In this document: piece by piece, positions 51,960 through 62,252 of the stretch | Layout: each line of letters starts with the position of its first letter | How positions within the stretch are numbered: the stretch's first letter is position 1 | Assembly (NCBI GenBank): GCA_963760795.1 | Contig: CAVXEP010000004.1 | Span: 32,001 to 96,000 of the forward strand | DNA from: an uncultured delta proteobacterium | Lineage (GTDB): Bacteria; Desulfobacterota; Binatia; UBA9968 | Length of the DNA stretch: 64,000 nucleotides | Reading direction: 5' to 3' | Translations under genes and position numbers: made by a program | The notes under the pieces: model-generated | Database searches by the model: none | The model's input: only the letters and a program-made list of their open reading frames with translations | What the model was told of the DNA's origin: nothing

Positions 51960-52923
51960 CTACTTTCTTTCCGGCGAGAAAAAACTATCCAGCAGCCGTT
52001 TGCGCAGCGCCGCCTCGCCGCCCGGCAGCACATCGAACTTGGTGGTTTGATCGGTCTTTTTCAGAATGCGCTGGCCTTCGGCATCGTCGTGCATGGCGAC
52101 CAACACGTCATTGAGCTGGCCGACAAGCTGCGGCGCAAGATCGCTGCGCACCGAAAGCAGATGGCGCGGTAGTTTGTCGGTGTGCGCCAGAATCACGATC
52201 GCGGATTTTCTTTTTTCATCCAGGCCATTGTAATCATCGTCGCTGATCGCCCCCGCGGCCACTTGTTGGGTCAGCACCGCCTCGATCAGCTTGCTGCGCA
52301 GGTAAGCGAATGAATATTGGATATCCGTCGCTTCCTACGTTCGGATCGTAGCCTTTCTTCTCCACCAATTTGTAACCGTTGCGCGATAGAAACAATTTTG
52401 GCATGAGATAGCCGGAGCTCGAGCCGGGATCTTCAAAGATCATCGTCTTGCCGCGCAAATCGGCAAGCTGCTTGATGGCGCCATCGCGTTTGGTGAAAAT
52501 CAGGCTTTGATACTCCGCCTGGCCGCCCTTCCAGCGCCGCAAAAGCGTCCTACCGGCGCCGTGAACATAGTTGATCGTGTAGGTCGGGTAGACGCTTTCC
52601 ATATAGTAATCCACCCGCCGCTGCTCCAGCAGCCTGGCCAACTCGAATGGCGTCGGCGCGATGACGACCTTGGCGCCGGCTTCCGCACCCGGCGCGATGC
52701 GCCGCGACACATAACGGACAAAGTCGCCGAAATGCTCTTCGATGGCCGACTTGTTGATCTCGGAGACCAAGCCAAGCTGCAGCGCTTTGACTTCATTGTT
52801 CTTTGAACTCTGGCCAATGGCTGCGCCACCGGTCGGGCTCGTCAACGCCAGTGCCAAAGCGAAACCGCAGCGCCACGCTTTCCGGCGAAACATCCCACGC
52901 CGCGCGCCGTCAATCACTGCCAT
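51960..52923 (-). CDS. Phosphate/phosphonate (PhnD-like) substrate-binding protein, frameshift near 52333
   Basis: YQSLIFTKRD..I..LADLRGK..FEDPGSSSGYLMP; C-terminus LPRH in another frame. Confidence 0.82.
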
Positions 52924-52960
52924 CGGCGCATCGCGCTTGGATGGCGCGATAAATAGATCC

Positions 52961-54147
52961 CTAACTGACATAAACGATATTCGGCACATGTTCGCGTAAC
53001 TCCCCGGCATTGACCAATCGCTCAACCACGTCGACATGAACCAGACGATTGTGCGCCCGATCACGCATCAGGTTGGGCGGATCTTCGCCACGTAAAGCGG
53101 TTTCAATCGCGTTCTTCCATAACTTTCGCACCAGGATCACCCCCCGGTCCGAATGGCCGAGATGCTCGCGGCTGCGATCGACCAGCGAACCTTGACCGAC
53201 CTGGGCGGCATTGTCCTGGCCGTTGATCGACGCCATGTCCCATTGCCGGCGCGTGCCGCGCATCAGCGGCGCCGGTTTGGGCCGCGCCTGTTTCTCTTGG
53301 TTGCCGCGTTTACCATTGGCGTCGGGAAAAAATTTCAGCGTGAAGGTGCGCGTGTTATGGTCGTCGATGGGCATGCGCCAAGCGACGTCAACCATCTCGG
53401 CCAACGGATCGCCGGGCAACGTGCCGCCGTGATGCACCACCATGATCGGCGGGACGTAGGCGACTTCGCGATGCCACTCGGTGCCGGCTTGCGGTCCTTT
53501 GCGCCGGGCGACGTAGTAGGCCATGGTCTCGGTCATCGTCACATTGAAATCCGGCGTCTCCATCCATTCCGGCGCCGCGGGGAAACCATGCACCGCCCGG
53601 CCATGCAGGATCGTCGCATGCACCGGATCGAGGGCGTTCTCGACCTGCTGCATGTAGTTGCACTCACGAACGTAACTGGGAAAGTTCGCTCGCCGTCGTC
53701 ACGCACGAGAAAATGGTAGTTGGGCAACTCCGGCGGCTCGCCTTGTCCCATAAACGCCCAGATCATGCCGCCCAACTCGCGCACTGAATAAGCCTTGAGA
53801 CGAATCTTGTCTTTGAAATTGCTTCCGCCGGCTCGCCGGGCTGCTCCAAACAACGTCCAGTGCACATCGAAAACCCAGCCATGGTAGCAGCAGCGAATGC
53901 CGCCAGCTTCGATCCAGCCATAATCGAGAGACGTGCCGCGATGCGGACAGTTGGGCTCGGTCAAACCGACGCGGCCGAACTCGTCGCGAAACAGCAACAG
54001 CTCTTCACCCAACCAGCGCACCAGTTTGGGCGCGTCGGAACTAATCTCGCTCGACAACCCAACCGGCAACCAATATTTTCTCAAGGTATCGCCCGCCGGC
54101 GTGCCTGGGCCGACTCGGGCGATGAGTTCGTTTTCAGAGGATTCCAT
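52961..54147 (-). CDS. Rieske oxygenase subunit, frameshifts near 53860, 53828 and 53680
   Basis: CPHRG...CCYHGW; ENALDPVHATILH; QDNAAQ. Confidence 0.85.
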
Positions 54148-54237
54148 CTTCGCGACCTCGTACCGTTCGCATAACCTGTTTACCCCAGCCTGTCAAAACA
54201 TCGTGGCACAAGCCGCCTAAAGAACTCAATGACTTAG

Positions 54238-54515
54238 TCAGCACGAAGGCACGAAGAGCACGAAGTACGAAACCATTTTTGTCCGAAACCTTCGTGCCCT
54301 TCGTGCCTCCTTCGAAAATACAGGTGAGGGGATGATATCCACAACGAAGAGCCTCCGGAGTTTCGTCATACCCGCGAAAGCGGTATCCAGGCTAATTGGG
54401 CACAGACCAAACCTGGCTTCCCGCGTGCGCGGGAATGACGAGTCGAGGAGGGAGTTCCCTCGATTTTCATTCTCCGTGGGCGTGCGTGAGATCATGATTA
54501 ACTTCGTGGTGAGAT
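54238..54515. repeat. CACGAAG palindrome interrupted by a mini-element
   Basis: cacgaaggcacgaagagcacgaag ... cttcgtgcccttcgtgc | insert | cttcgtggtgaga. Confidence 0.85.
54307..54503. mobile_element. Putative non-autonomous CT-core (IS110-like) mini-element, copy 2, with nested CGTC REP (54364-54440)
   Basis: CT-ccttcgaaaatacagg...ttttcat...atgattaa-CT; homologous to 6331-6546. Confidence 0.65.
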
Positions 54516-54539
54516 GGAATTTTCTCCTAAACGACGATG

Positions 54540-55778
54540 CTACTTATCCAGGGTTTCTTTACTGACAAAAGCGAGAAGCAGCGCCGACAACAAGAGCAGC
54601 GGCGCGTAAACCAAAAACGGCATACCGGGATTGAACGTGTTCGCCAGATAGCCGGCAAAGAGCGGCGCCGCGCCGCTGCCCATCTCAGCGATGGTACGGC
54701 GCAGCGCTTGCAGCCGCCCGCGCACATGGGCCGGCGCGACATCGTAAGTGGACGTCGCCAGCGAGCCGAGGGATAATCCCTGGGCCACACCGACGATGCC
54801 GACAAGCATCGCCAGCTGCATGAAACTCGTGGTCATGGGGATCAAGAAGAAAATCAGCGCCGGGATGGCTGTGCTCGGCACCGTGCACCACTTACGGCCG
54901 ACCCGGTCCATCAAGAAGCCGCCGGGAATCATCACGGCAAAAATCACCATGCCGGATATCGAAAACAGCATGCCGATCTCGCTCGGCGACAGATGCAAGT
55001 AGCGCACCGCGTATAACGGCAGCATGCTTTGAACGATGATACGTTGCGATTGATTGACCAAGGTCGCGAACACGATGGAACAATAGGTCGAACGCAGATC
55101 GACGCGAATTTCCCGATAGAGCAGCGCCAGCGCGCCGATTCTCTGTTTGACGCCGGCGACACTCCAACCGGTCAACCCACCAGCCGCCGGCGCGCGGCCA
55201 TGGGCTTCACCTGGCGAGTCGGTGACCAACAGCCCCAAGAACACCGAGGCCGCACTGACAACCGCGTAACCGACAAATGCCGCCCGGTAATTGAACAGTT
55301 CAGTCAACCAGCCGCCGATAAGCGGGCAGACCGCCGCGCCGATGGTATGGGCGCCATGCAGACTGCTGACAATCCGACCGCGCTGGCCGCGTTGCGCCTG
55401 GTCGATGGCGGCGATTTCCCGGGCCACCGCGCCGAGGGTATCGGTCGCCCCTAAGACAAAAGCGAAAAATACCAGCAACCAAAACCACGCCACCCAAGCG
55501 GCGCAAAACGAAGCCAGCGCAGCAACTAGCGCCGAGCCCACCAAGGCGAAGCGCGTGCCTTTGCGGTCGAGCAACACTCCGCCCAGCACCGTGCCGGCCA
55601 TCTTGCCGAAGGCGAAACCAGTGATCACCTGCGCCGCCCCGCCCGCCGACACGCCAAATTCCCCCGCCAGCACCGGGATCGTCGGAATGATCATCGCCCA
55701 AGCGCCGGAAAAAAAAGTGCTGACGTAGAGTGCGATCAGGCTGCGCAAGCTGGAAGTTTTTTGCGTGACATTAGCCAT
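54540..55778 (-). CDS. MFS transporter
   Basis: GVLLDRKGTR and GFLMDRVGRK motifs; hydrophobic segments. Confidence 0.9.
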   Translation of the reverse strand: MANVTQKTSSLRSLIALYVSTFFSGAWAMIIPTIPVLAGEFGVSAGGAAQVITGFAFGKMAGTVLGGVLLDRKGTRFALVGSALVAALASFCAAWVAWFWLLVFFAFVLGATDTLGAVAREIAAIDQAQRGQRGRIVSSLHGAHTIGAAVCPLIGGWLTELFNYRAAFVGYAVVSAASVFLGLLVTDSPGEAHGRAPAAGGLTGWSVAGVKQRIGALALLYREIRVDLRSTYCSIVFATLVNQSQRIIVQSMLPLYAVRYLHLSPSEIGMLFSISGMVIFAVMIPGGFLMDRVGRKWCTVPSTAIPALIFFLIPMTTSFMQLAMLVGIVGVAQGLSLGSLATSTYDVAPAHVRGRLQALRRTIAEMGSGAAPLFAGYLANTFNPGMPFLVYAPLLLLSALLLAFVSKETLDK

Positions 55779-55820
55779 GATGAAATTTCTTTAGCGTGAC
55801 ATTTTTCGACGCGAATCTAC

Positions 55821-55886
55821 GTAAGGAGTCAGGAGTGAACAGCTGCCCGACGGAGATCGGACACTCACCCCTTACCCTTCACGCCT
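55821..55886. repeat. GTAAGG/GTGAGG heptamer palindrome
   Basis: gtaaggagtcaggagtgaa ... ctcaccccttacccttcacgcct. Confidence 0.6.
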
Positions 55887-55895
55887 AACTCTCTT

Positions 55896-57131
55896 CTATC
55901 TTTCCAACGTTTCCCGCCCGGCCAGCGCCAAATAGACCGCGGCGAATAGTAGAATCGGCACGTAAACCAAAAACGGCACGCCGGGATTGAAGCGCGTCGC
56001 CAAATAACCGCCGACCAGCGGCGCGAGAGTCCCGCCCATTTCGGCGATCATGCGCCGGGCCGCTTGCAAACGGCCGCGGGCGTGGGCCGGCACGACGTCG
56101 AACGTCGACACCGACATGGAGCCTAGCGATAGACCGTTGCAAATCCCGGTGAGCGCCAGCATCGCCGCCAACTGCGTGAAACTATCGGTAAACGGGATCA
56201 GCAAAAATGCCAGCGCCGGCAAACCCGTGCTCGGCACGGTGGCCCACTTGCGGCCGACTTTGTCCATGATAATGCCCGACGGAATGATCATGACAAAGAC
56301 GAAGGCGCCGGCGATCGAAAATAGTAAACCCACCTGCGACGGCGAGAAATTGAGATGCGCGCCGGCATAGAGCGGCAACATGCTCTGCAGCGTGATCCGG
56401 TAGGAATGGCTCGCCCAGGTCGCCACCACTAACGCGATATAGGTAGAGCGCAGCCCAGGACGAATTTCCAAGAACAGCGCGCCCAAGCCGCGCACCCGTT
56501 CACCTATGGCAGCGAGCGACCAACCGGTGCGGCCAATAGTTTTCGGCGCGGCGTAATGCTCCGCTTTGGCAACCGGCGCTCCGAACCCAAGCAGCACCGA
56601 CAGCGCGGCAAAAATCCCGTAGGCGAAAAACGCCGCGTGAAAATCGTACTGCTCGGTGAGCACGCCGCCGAGCCATGGGCAGAGCGCCGTACCGGCATTG
56701 TGCGTGCCGTGCAACGTCGACAAGACCCGGCCGCGCTGGTTCTGGCGCGCCAGGTCGACGCCGGCAACTTCACGTCCCAATGCCCAAATGCTGTCACCCA
56801 TGCCCATGACGAAGCAGAAGAATAAGAGCGCCGGCAGCCACGGTAACAGCGCGGCGATGAACGCCGCGGCGCTCACCAGCGCTGCGCCGCCAACCACCAC
56901 CGCGCGCACACCCATCTTATCCAACAGCACACCGCTGATCGGCGTGCCGGTGAAGCGGCCCAGCGCCATCGCCGTGACAATCTGCGCCGCCGCGCCGGGA
57001 GTGACATTAAAATGGCTGGCGAGCACCGGAATGGTCGGAATCACCATGGTCCAGGCCCCGGAGAGCAAACTACCGCCGTACAACGCGCCCAGACCGCGCA
57101 CCGTCGTGTTTGATCGCAAGGCGTCAAACAT
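55896..57131 (-). CDS. MFS transporter, tandem paralog of 54540..55778
   Basis: Shared SGAW.M.IPTIPVLA, GRKW.TVPST, FNPG.PFLVY. Confidence 0.9.
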   Translation of the reverse strand: MFDALRSNTTVRGLGALYGGSLLSGAWTMVIPTIPVLASHFNVTPGAAAQIVTAMALGRFTGTPISGVLLDKMGVRAVVVGGAALVSAAAFIAALLPWLPALLFFCFVMGMGDSIWALGREVAGVDLARQNQRGRVLSTLHGTHNAGTALCPWLGGVLTEQYDFHAAFFAYGIFAALSVLLGFGAPVAKAEHYAAPKTIGRTGWSLAAIGERVRGLGALFLEIRPGLRSTYIALVVATWASHSYRITLQSMLPLYAGAHLNFSPSQVGLLFSIAGAFVFVMIIPSGIIMDKVGRKWATVPSTGLPALAFLLIPFTDSFTQLAAMLALTGICNGLSLGSMSVSTFDVVPAHARGRLQAARRMIAEMGGTLAPLVGGYLATRFNPGVPFLVYVPILLFAAVYLALAGRETLER

Positions 57132-57194
57132 GGGCCAAATGATTTAGCCCTTGAAGCAGTTTTTGTATCATCGCACTTGGAGTTAAATCAGCAG

Positions 57195-57221
57195 TGTCAT
57201 CCCGAGCAAAGCGAGGGATCT
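57195..57221. repeat. Half TGTCAT-type REP
   Basis: tgtcatcccgagcaaagcgagggatct, close to 22221-22248. Confidence 0.7.
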
Positions 57222-57241
57222 CGTCTTAAAAGCGCCGAACT

Positions 57242-58192
57242 CTATCTTGTCGCAGTCGCATACTTGGAATGTAACTCGCGCAGGAGCAAATCCAGCACCG
57301 GATGGCTGGTATCCTTCGGCAGCTTTTTCAAATCTTCGATCAGCGTACGCAGGCCCGGCGCCTTCTCAGCCAGCGCGGCGATGGCGTCGAAGTAACGGTA
57401 GTAGGCCAGATCATGACTGAGCTTGGCTTCCAACACCGTGCCGCTATGTTGCCCGCGCGTCTGGCGTTCGAACTGGCGCTGATAAGCTGGATAGTTCGCC
57501 AGCCTATTTAAAATTTGCTGCTTGGCGTCGTCGACCTTCGCCGTGGCGAAAATCCGCTGCGCTTCCTCGACCAGCGCGACAAGTTCGCGCGACACTTTGC
57601 GTTCTTCGGCCAGCGACACCAGGGCGTTTTGCAAATCTTTCTCGTCGCCCTTGTGGCGCAAGTACTCGATCACCGCCAAAGAACCGAGTGGCGTGACGAT
57701 CGCCTCCTCGATCTCCCAAGGCAATGCGAAATTGACATCGCCATGCAGGTCTTCATGCAAAATTACTTTCGCCCGCCGCACCAACGCCTCCTCGGCGAAC
57801 CCAGCGGTCGCCACCGAGCGCGGATCGGCGAACTCACTACCTTGGCGGTGATACACGCTGTAGCCGTCGACCAGGTAGACTTGCTCCACCTTGGGCGCTT
57901 CTTTCTCGACATTGAGACCGATGGCCATGCGTATATCCACCGGCCCGCGCAGCGCCAAGGTCCCTTCACGCTGCATCCACAACCACAGCATGGACAGCGA
58001 CGCGCCGCCCTGGGAGGTTCGTCGCAGAGCCTCCGTCGGTTCGATGCCGAGAGTCTTGCCAAAAGCTTTGACATCTTCGATCAGACCGGCGGTCTCGCGC
58101 AGGCGAACAGAGTCGACGGTAGGGGCAATGGTGGAGCAAGACGATAACATCACGATAAAAAGCATCGCAACCGCAAGCCGGCTCAGAATCAT
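57242..58192 (-). CDS. Putative lipoprotein zinc metallopeptidase-like protein
   Basis: Lipobox-like LSSC; VILHEDLH (HExxH) followed by EE. Confidence 0.65.
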   Translation of the reverse strand: MILSRLAVAMLFIVMLSSCSTIAPTVDSVRLRETAGLIEDVKAFGKTLGIEPTEALRRTSQGGASLSMLWLWMQREGTLALRGPVDIRMAIGLNVEKEAPKVEQVYLVDGYSVYHRQGSEFADPRSVATAGFAEEALVRRAKVILHEDLHGDVNFALPWEIEEAIVTPLGSLAVIEYLRHKGDEKDLQNALVSLAEERKVSRELVALVEEAQRIFATAKVDDAKQQILNRLANYPAYQRQFERQTRGQHSGTVLEAKLSHDLAYYRYFDAIAALAEKAPGLRTLIEDLKKLPKDTSHPVLDLLLRELHSKYATATR

Positions 58193-58224
58193 GAGATCAT
58201 CGCGCCGGTGCATTGGAAACGGAA

Positions 58225-58306
58225 CATGCTTCGACACGCTCAGCATGAACGGAATAATTACTACCATTTCAAACCCCTCTCCGTCCGTCCTGAGCTTGTC
58301 GAAGGA
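58225..58306. repeat. CTTCGAC..GCTCAG-family inverted doublet
   Basis: catgcttcgacacgctcagcatgaacgg ... ccgtccgtcctgagcttgtcgaagg. Confidence 0.8.
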
Positions 58307-58342
58307 CTCCGAGAAGGTATTTCACCCGCTTATTGCGAATTT

Positions 58343-59224
58343 CTACGACGCAAATAGCGATGCGATCGGCGCCGTGTGCGGGATCTGCCCGACGTCGACG
58401 AGCAGCTGCATTTCCGCTTGAGCGAGCTTTTGTTCTTTCTCCGTGAAGGTGAACTCGATGCGCGGATAGCGCGCCGAGGCGAGCAGCGCTTCGCGGTCGC
58501 CTTCATAGCGCGTAAGAAATACGTCGGCGACCTCTTCGAGATGCGCTTCACTATAAGCGAAGGACTCGCGGAAAGCTCGCAGCAAAACATCTTTGATGCC
58601 GGGATTGTCGCGCAGCAGATCTTCCCGCGCGGCCACCATATGCTTGATCATCTCGTCGAAACCGGTGAGTTTTTGCCAGGCCTCGCCGTCGGTATACAGA
58701 CAGCGCACACCGGACGCGACCTCGCCGCGAAAAAAGAACTGGTCGAGCAGCACCACCGCGTCCGCCTTGCCGCCCTGCAACACACCAAGGAGCTTTTCCT
58801 GCGGATAACCTTCCCAGCGCAGCTTGTCGTCGTCGAGACCGTAAGCCCGGCGCAAGAGATATTTGTGAATCGCGTGCATGCCTTGATGGGTAGCGATAAG
58901 CCTCCCTTCGAGATCCTTCGGCGTTTGCACCGGGCCATCGGCAAGCACGAAAACGCCATTGCCCTTCAACGTCGACTTCCACTCGGTGGCGAGACCGAGA
59001 ATCGGCGCGCCCTGCAACTTGCGCCGGAGAAAATTCGGCAAATAAAGATTCGCCGCCTCAACGTCGCCATTAATCAGCGCGTCCTCCTGCTCTTTGCTCG
59101 GCGGATCGGGCAGCTCGATGACTTTCATGTTGATGCCGTCCGCCTTCACCTTGCCGATAGCCAAGGCGTAGTAGGTGCGGAACATGCAGAAGCGGTTACG
59201 GTAGTGGGCGAAGGTCAAGTCCAT
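58343..59224 (-). CDS. PBP-fold protein without signal peptide (SsuA/MqnD-like)
   Basis: PKDLEGRLIA, GGKADAVV; ATG at 59224. Confidence 0.7.
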   Translation of the reverse strand: MDLTFAHYRNRFCMFRTYYALAIGKVKADGINMKVIELPDPPSKEQEDALINGDVEAANLYLPNFLRRKLQGAPILGLATEWKSTLKGNGVFVLADGPVQTPKDLEGRLIATHQGMHAIHKYLLRRAYGLDDDKLRWEGYPQEKLLGVLQGGKADAVVLLDQFFFRGEVASGVRCLYTDGEAWQKLTGFDEMIKHMVAAREDLLRDNPGIKDVLLRAFRESFAYSEAHLEEVADVFLTRYEGDREALLASARYPRIEFTFTEKEQKLAQAEMQLLVDVGQIPHTAPIASLFAS

Positions 59225-59283
59225 GAAAATGCCTTGTGCGAGTCTTTTCGCGGTGCGAAGGTGGTCGAGAGCAATATACTTTT

Positions 59284-59358
59284 CGTTCAACGGTTCAAGG
59301 TTCAAAGGTTCAATGTCAGAGAAGACCGGGCCGAACGTTGAACTTTTGAACATTGAAC
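59284..59358. repeat. GTTCAA-family tandem palindrome
   Basis: cgttcaacggttcaaggttcaaaggttcaa ... gaacgttgaacttttgaacattgaac. Confidence 0.88.
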
Positions 59359-59364
59359 AGCAGT

Positions 59365-60603
59365 TTATGTTTTTGCTACTTCTTCCTTTTTCCGGTTACA
59401 AATATCCAGCGCCGCCATGGCGTAGACTTTCGTGCAGTTCACCATGTTCGAGATGCCGACGCCGCGGCGCACGCCGGTGGGCGAATCCCACTCCTCGCCC
59501 GCCTTGGTCTCGGTCGGATCGACCAGATGGGTGCCGAAACCGGGACCGTAGGTGATCGCCGGCACGCCGTATTGGGCGATGCGCGAGCCGTCGCTGGTGA
59601 TACCGTAACGAATCGGCTTGGCGTAGGGCACCGGTCCTTTGAATACCGTGCGATGGGCGCTCTCCATCACTTTCACCAACGGTTCGCTCTTGGAGATCTC
59701 ATAGCCGGGGGTGGTGAGATAGAGTTCGACGCGAATGTCCAGGATATCGCTCTCGCGTTTGCGCACTCGCTCACAGACCGCTTCGATGTCGCGCTTGATC
59801 GCCAACGGCACGGCGCCGGGGAGCATCTTGACGATGACGAAGATGTCAGTCGTCGGCCGCGTGCCAGGCTTGAATGCATTGCCGCCGTCGATGGCGCCGA
59901 TCTGCACGGTGGGCAGCATGAACTTGTGGGGATTTTTGCGCTGGTATTCTTTCTCCCAGTCTTGAATCGCTTGGGCAACTTTGCACGCGGCGAGCACGAA
60001 CTTGGTCGCCTTGCCGTCGACGCTCACCCGCGCCCAGAGCAGACCGGAGTTGCCGATTTGCAGTTGCAAGCCGGTGGGCTCGCCGATGATGCACATGTCC
60101 GCCATCACGCCATGGTCCATCAAGTAGCGCGCGCCGACGCCGGCGCCGCGATACTCTTTGCCATGGAAGCGGCCGATTTGCGCCTTTTCGATTTCGCCGA
60201 CAACACCGGAGATAATCAAATCGCCCTTGAGTTTCGCGCCGGCTTTTTGCAGCGCCGACACTGCTTCGATGTAGCAGGGAAACGCCGCTTTCATGTTGAC
60301 CAAACCGCGGCCGTAGATGCGGTCCTCGTCGACCACGGTCTCCTGCGGCGCGTCGAAGTGATCCATATGCGCGTTGAACATCAAGGTCGCGCCGCCGCCC
60401 GTGCCTTTGAGCGTGCCGATGACATTGGGCCGGCCGTCTTCGACATATTGATACTCGACTTTCATGCCGAGTGTTTCGAACTCGCTGCCGAGATACTTGG
60501 CGACGTTCTCCTCGCCGCCGGTGATGCTGACGATGTTGGCGAGATTGCTCGCCATCTCGACTATGCGCTCGCGGTCGACCTGGTCCAAAACTTCTTGCTG
60601 CAT
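59365..60603 (-). CDS. M20 family metallo-hydrolase (ArgE/DapE-like)
   Basis: FNAHMD, IYGRG..NMK, IIGEPT, YGPG. Confidence 0.88.
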   Translation of the reverse strand: MQQEVLDQVDRERIVEMASNLANIVSITGGEENVAKYLGSEFETLGMKVEYQYVEDGRPNVIGTLKGTGGGATLMFNAHMDHFDAPQETVVDEDRIYGRGLVNMKAAFPCYIEAVSALQKAGAKLKGDLIISGVVGEIEKAQIGRFHGKEYRGAGVGARYLMDHGVMADMCIIGEPTGLQLQIGNSGLLWARVSVDGKATKFVLAACKVAQAIQDWEKEYQRKNPHKFMLPTVQIGAIDGGNAFKPGTRPTTDIFVIVKMLPGAVPLAIKRDIEAVCERVRKRESDILDIRVELYLTTPGYEISKSEPLVKVMESAHRTVFKGPVPYAKPIRYGITSDGSRIAQYGVPAITYGPGFGTHLVDPTETKAGEEWDSPTGVRRGVGISNMVNCTKVYAMAALDICNRKKEEVAKT

Positions 60604-60712
60604 GGGAAGCTCCTATTAATTGTTGGAAATTGTTAGGTCGTGAAACAATTTTTGTATCACAGCCGTTCGGCGAGTGACAACAAAGCCGATAAAATTCTCG
60701 CGAGCCATTCGA

Positions 60713-60748
60713 AAATCTCCCTTTTTAAAGGGAGATTTAGAGGGATTT
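60713..60748. repeat. CTCCCTT..AAGGGAG palindrome
   Basis: aaatctccctttttaaagggagatttagagggattt. Confidence 0.6.
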
Positions 60749-60831
60749 TTCCTGCCTAGCGCGATTTGAACCAAGCGCCGACGAAATGGCCGCGAAACTA
60801 ACGAGCCCGACTCAAGAATCAGGACTCTATA

Positions 60832-61845
60832 TCACGGCAGCGGGCAAGGCCGCGTCAGCCGATTGATCTGCGGAATCACCTCAGCGCCGAAACGCTCGAT
60901 GGTTTCTAAAGTAAAGCGCGGGTCCATGCCCGGCCAGTCGACCATGAACCACATCACCTCGGTGTTGAACTCCTCGTAATAGGACATCACTTGGTCGACT
61001 ACTTCCGCCGGGCTGCCAAGAATCAAGCGGTCGCGTTTCAATTCGTCGAACTTGAGATCGTAGCGTTCGCCCGGCTGGCCCCATTGCTGGTAACGCAAGT
61101 AGCGCCGCTCGTAACCTTCGCGGATACGATCTTCAGCTTCCCGCGTGCTGTCGGCGATGCACAGATCGCGAAAAATAAACAAGCCTTTGTACGGCCGACC
61201 CTGCTTCTCCAGCGCCGCTTTGTAGACCGGCAACGCTTCGCGCAAGAAGCCCTTGGAGTGGCGCCGGCTGGCGATCCAGTGGTCCGCCACCTCCGGCACT
61301 TTGGCGACGGTCCTGACCGAATCGGCGCCGAGCAAGATCGGCGGACCGGGAACCTGAACCGGCCTGGGCGCCATCGTCACTTTGTCGAGATGGAAATACT
61401 TGCCATGAAAGGTCACGGCGTCGCCGGTCCAAAGCCGGCGGATAATCTCGACACTCTCGACTAACCGGCCGCGCCGCTCGCGGAGATCGATGCCGAAGGA
61501 TTTGAACTCGCTTTCGCGATAACCCTGGCCGACGCCGAAGAGAAGTTTGCCGCCGGATAGATTGTCCAGCGTAGACATATATTCGGCGACCATCACCGGA
61601 TGATGCAACGGCAACAAGAAAATCGAAGTGCCGACGTACATGCCCGGCACCCGGCCGGCCAGATAAGACAGCAACGGTAGCGACTGCAAGATCGCCGCAT
61701 CCGGCCCGGTGAGAAAATGCTGGGCGACGAACAGCGCCTCGAAATTATTTCGCTGCGCCACCTGCGCCCGCTCGACAACCTGCTCACACACCTTCGCCGC
61801 CGGCAAATCCGACGGGTAACTGCCAAACTCAAGTCCGAATCGCAT
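60832..61845 (-). CDS. LLM-class flavin-dependent oxidoreductase
   Basis: QHF, LLPLHHPVMVAE, LDNLSGG...GVGQGYR..EF. Confidence 0.92.
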   Translation of the reverse strand: MRFGLEFGSYPSDLPAAKVCEQVVERAQVAQRNNFEALFVAQHFLTGPDAAILQSLPLLSYLAGRVPGMYVGTSIFLLPLHHPVMVAEYMSTLDNLSGGKLLFGVGQGYRESEFKSFGIDLRERRGRLVESVEIIRRLWTGDAVTFHGKYFHLDKVTMAPRPVQVPGPPILLGADSVRTVAKVPEVADHWIASRRHSKGFLREALPVYKAALEKQGRPYKGLFIFRDLCIADSTREAEDRIREGYERRYLRYQQWGQPGERYDLKFDELKRDRLILGSPAEVVDQVMSYYEEFNTEVMWFMVDWPGMDPRFTLETIERFGAEVIPQINRLTRPCPLP

Positions 61846-62252
61846 AGTTAACTATCTCCTCACGATAATCTTTGCCCACGTAAGGACCATGCTGCGCGCC
61901 GCGCGACAAGTCAAACCAGGTAATGGCGCGCAGAAATATTTCACGGCCGCCGCGATTAGCGCGTTCGATCATCCTTCCTGAATTACGCTCTCGATAGGAA
62001 TTGGCATGGATTGCGAAGGTGTACTGTCGGGTGTCCCCACGCCGTCCTTACAGTTGCGTGAACCGCGCGAGCAGACAAAACTAGGGGTGTTCAGACTTTT
62101 ATGTTACGACGAACCTATAAGATTAAAGTCCGCCCCTTATCCCTAATGACCCGATCCCTTGACGTGGTACACGTCTTTGAACGTGCACTGCCTGGAAAGC
62201 CTGCGCACGGCCAAGAGCTGACCGTGGCAAGAGTTCTCCGATCGCCGGCTTT

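Noticed and set aside
61846-62250. Long intergenic region with weak inverted repeats
   Set aside because: No convincing ORF, RNA gene or repeat copy could be supported
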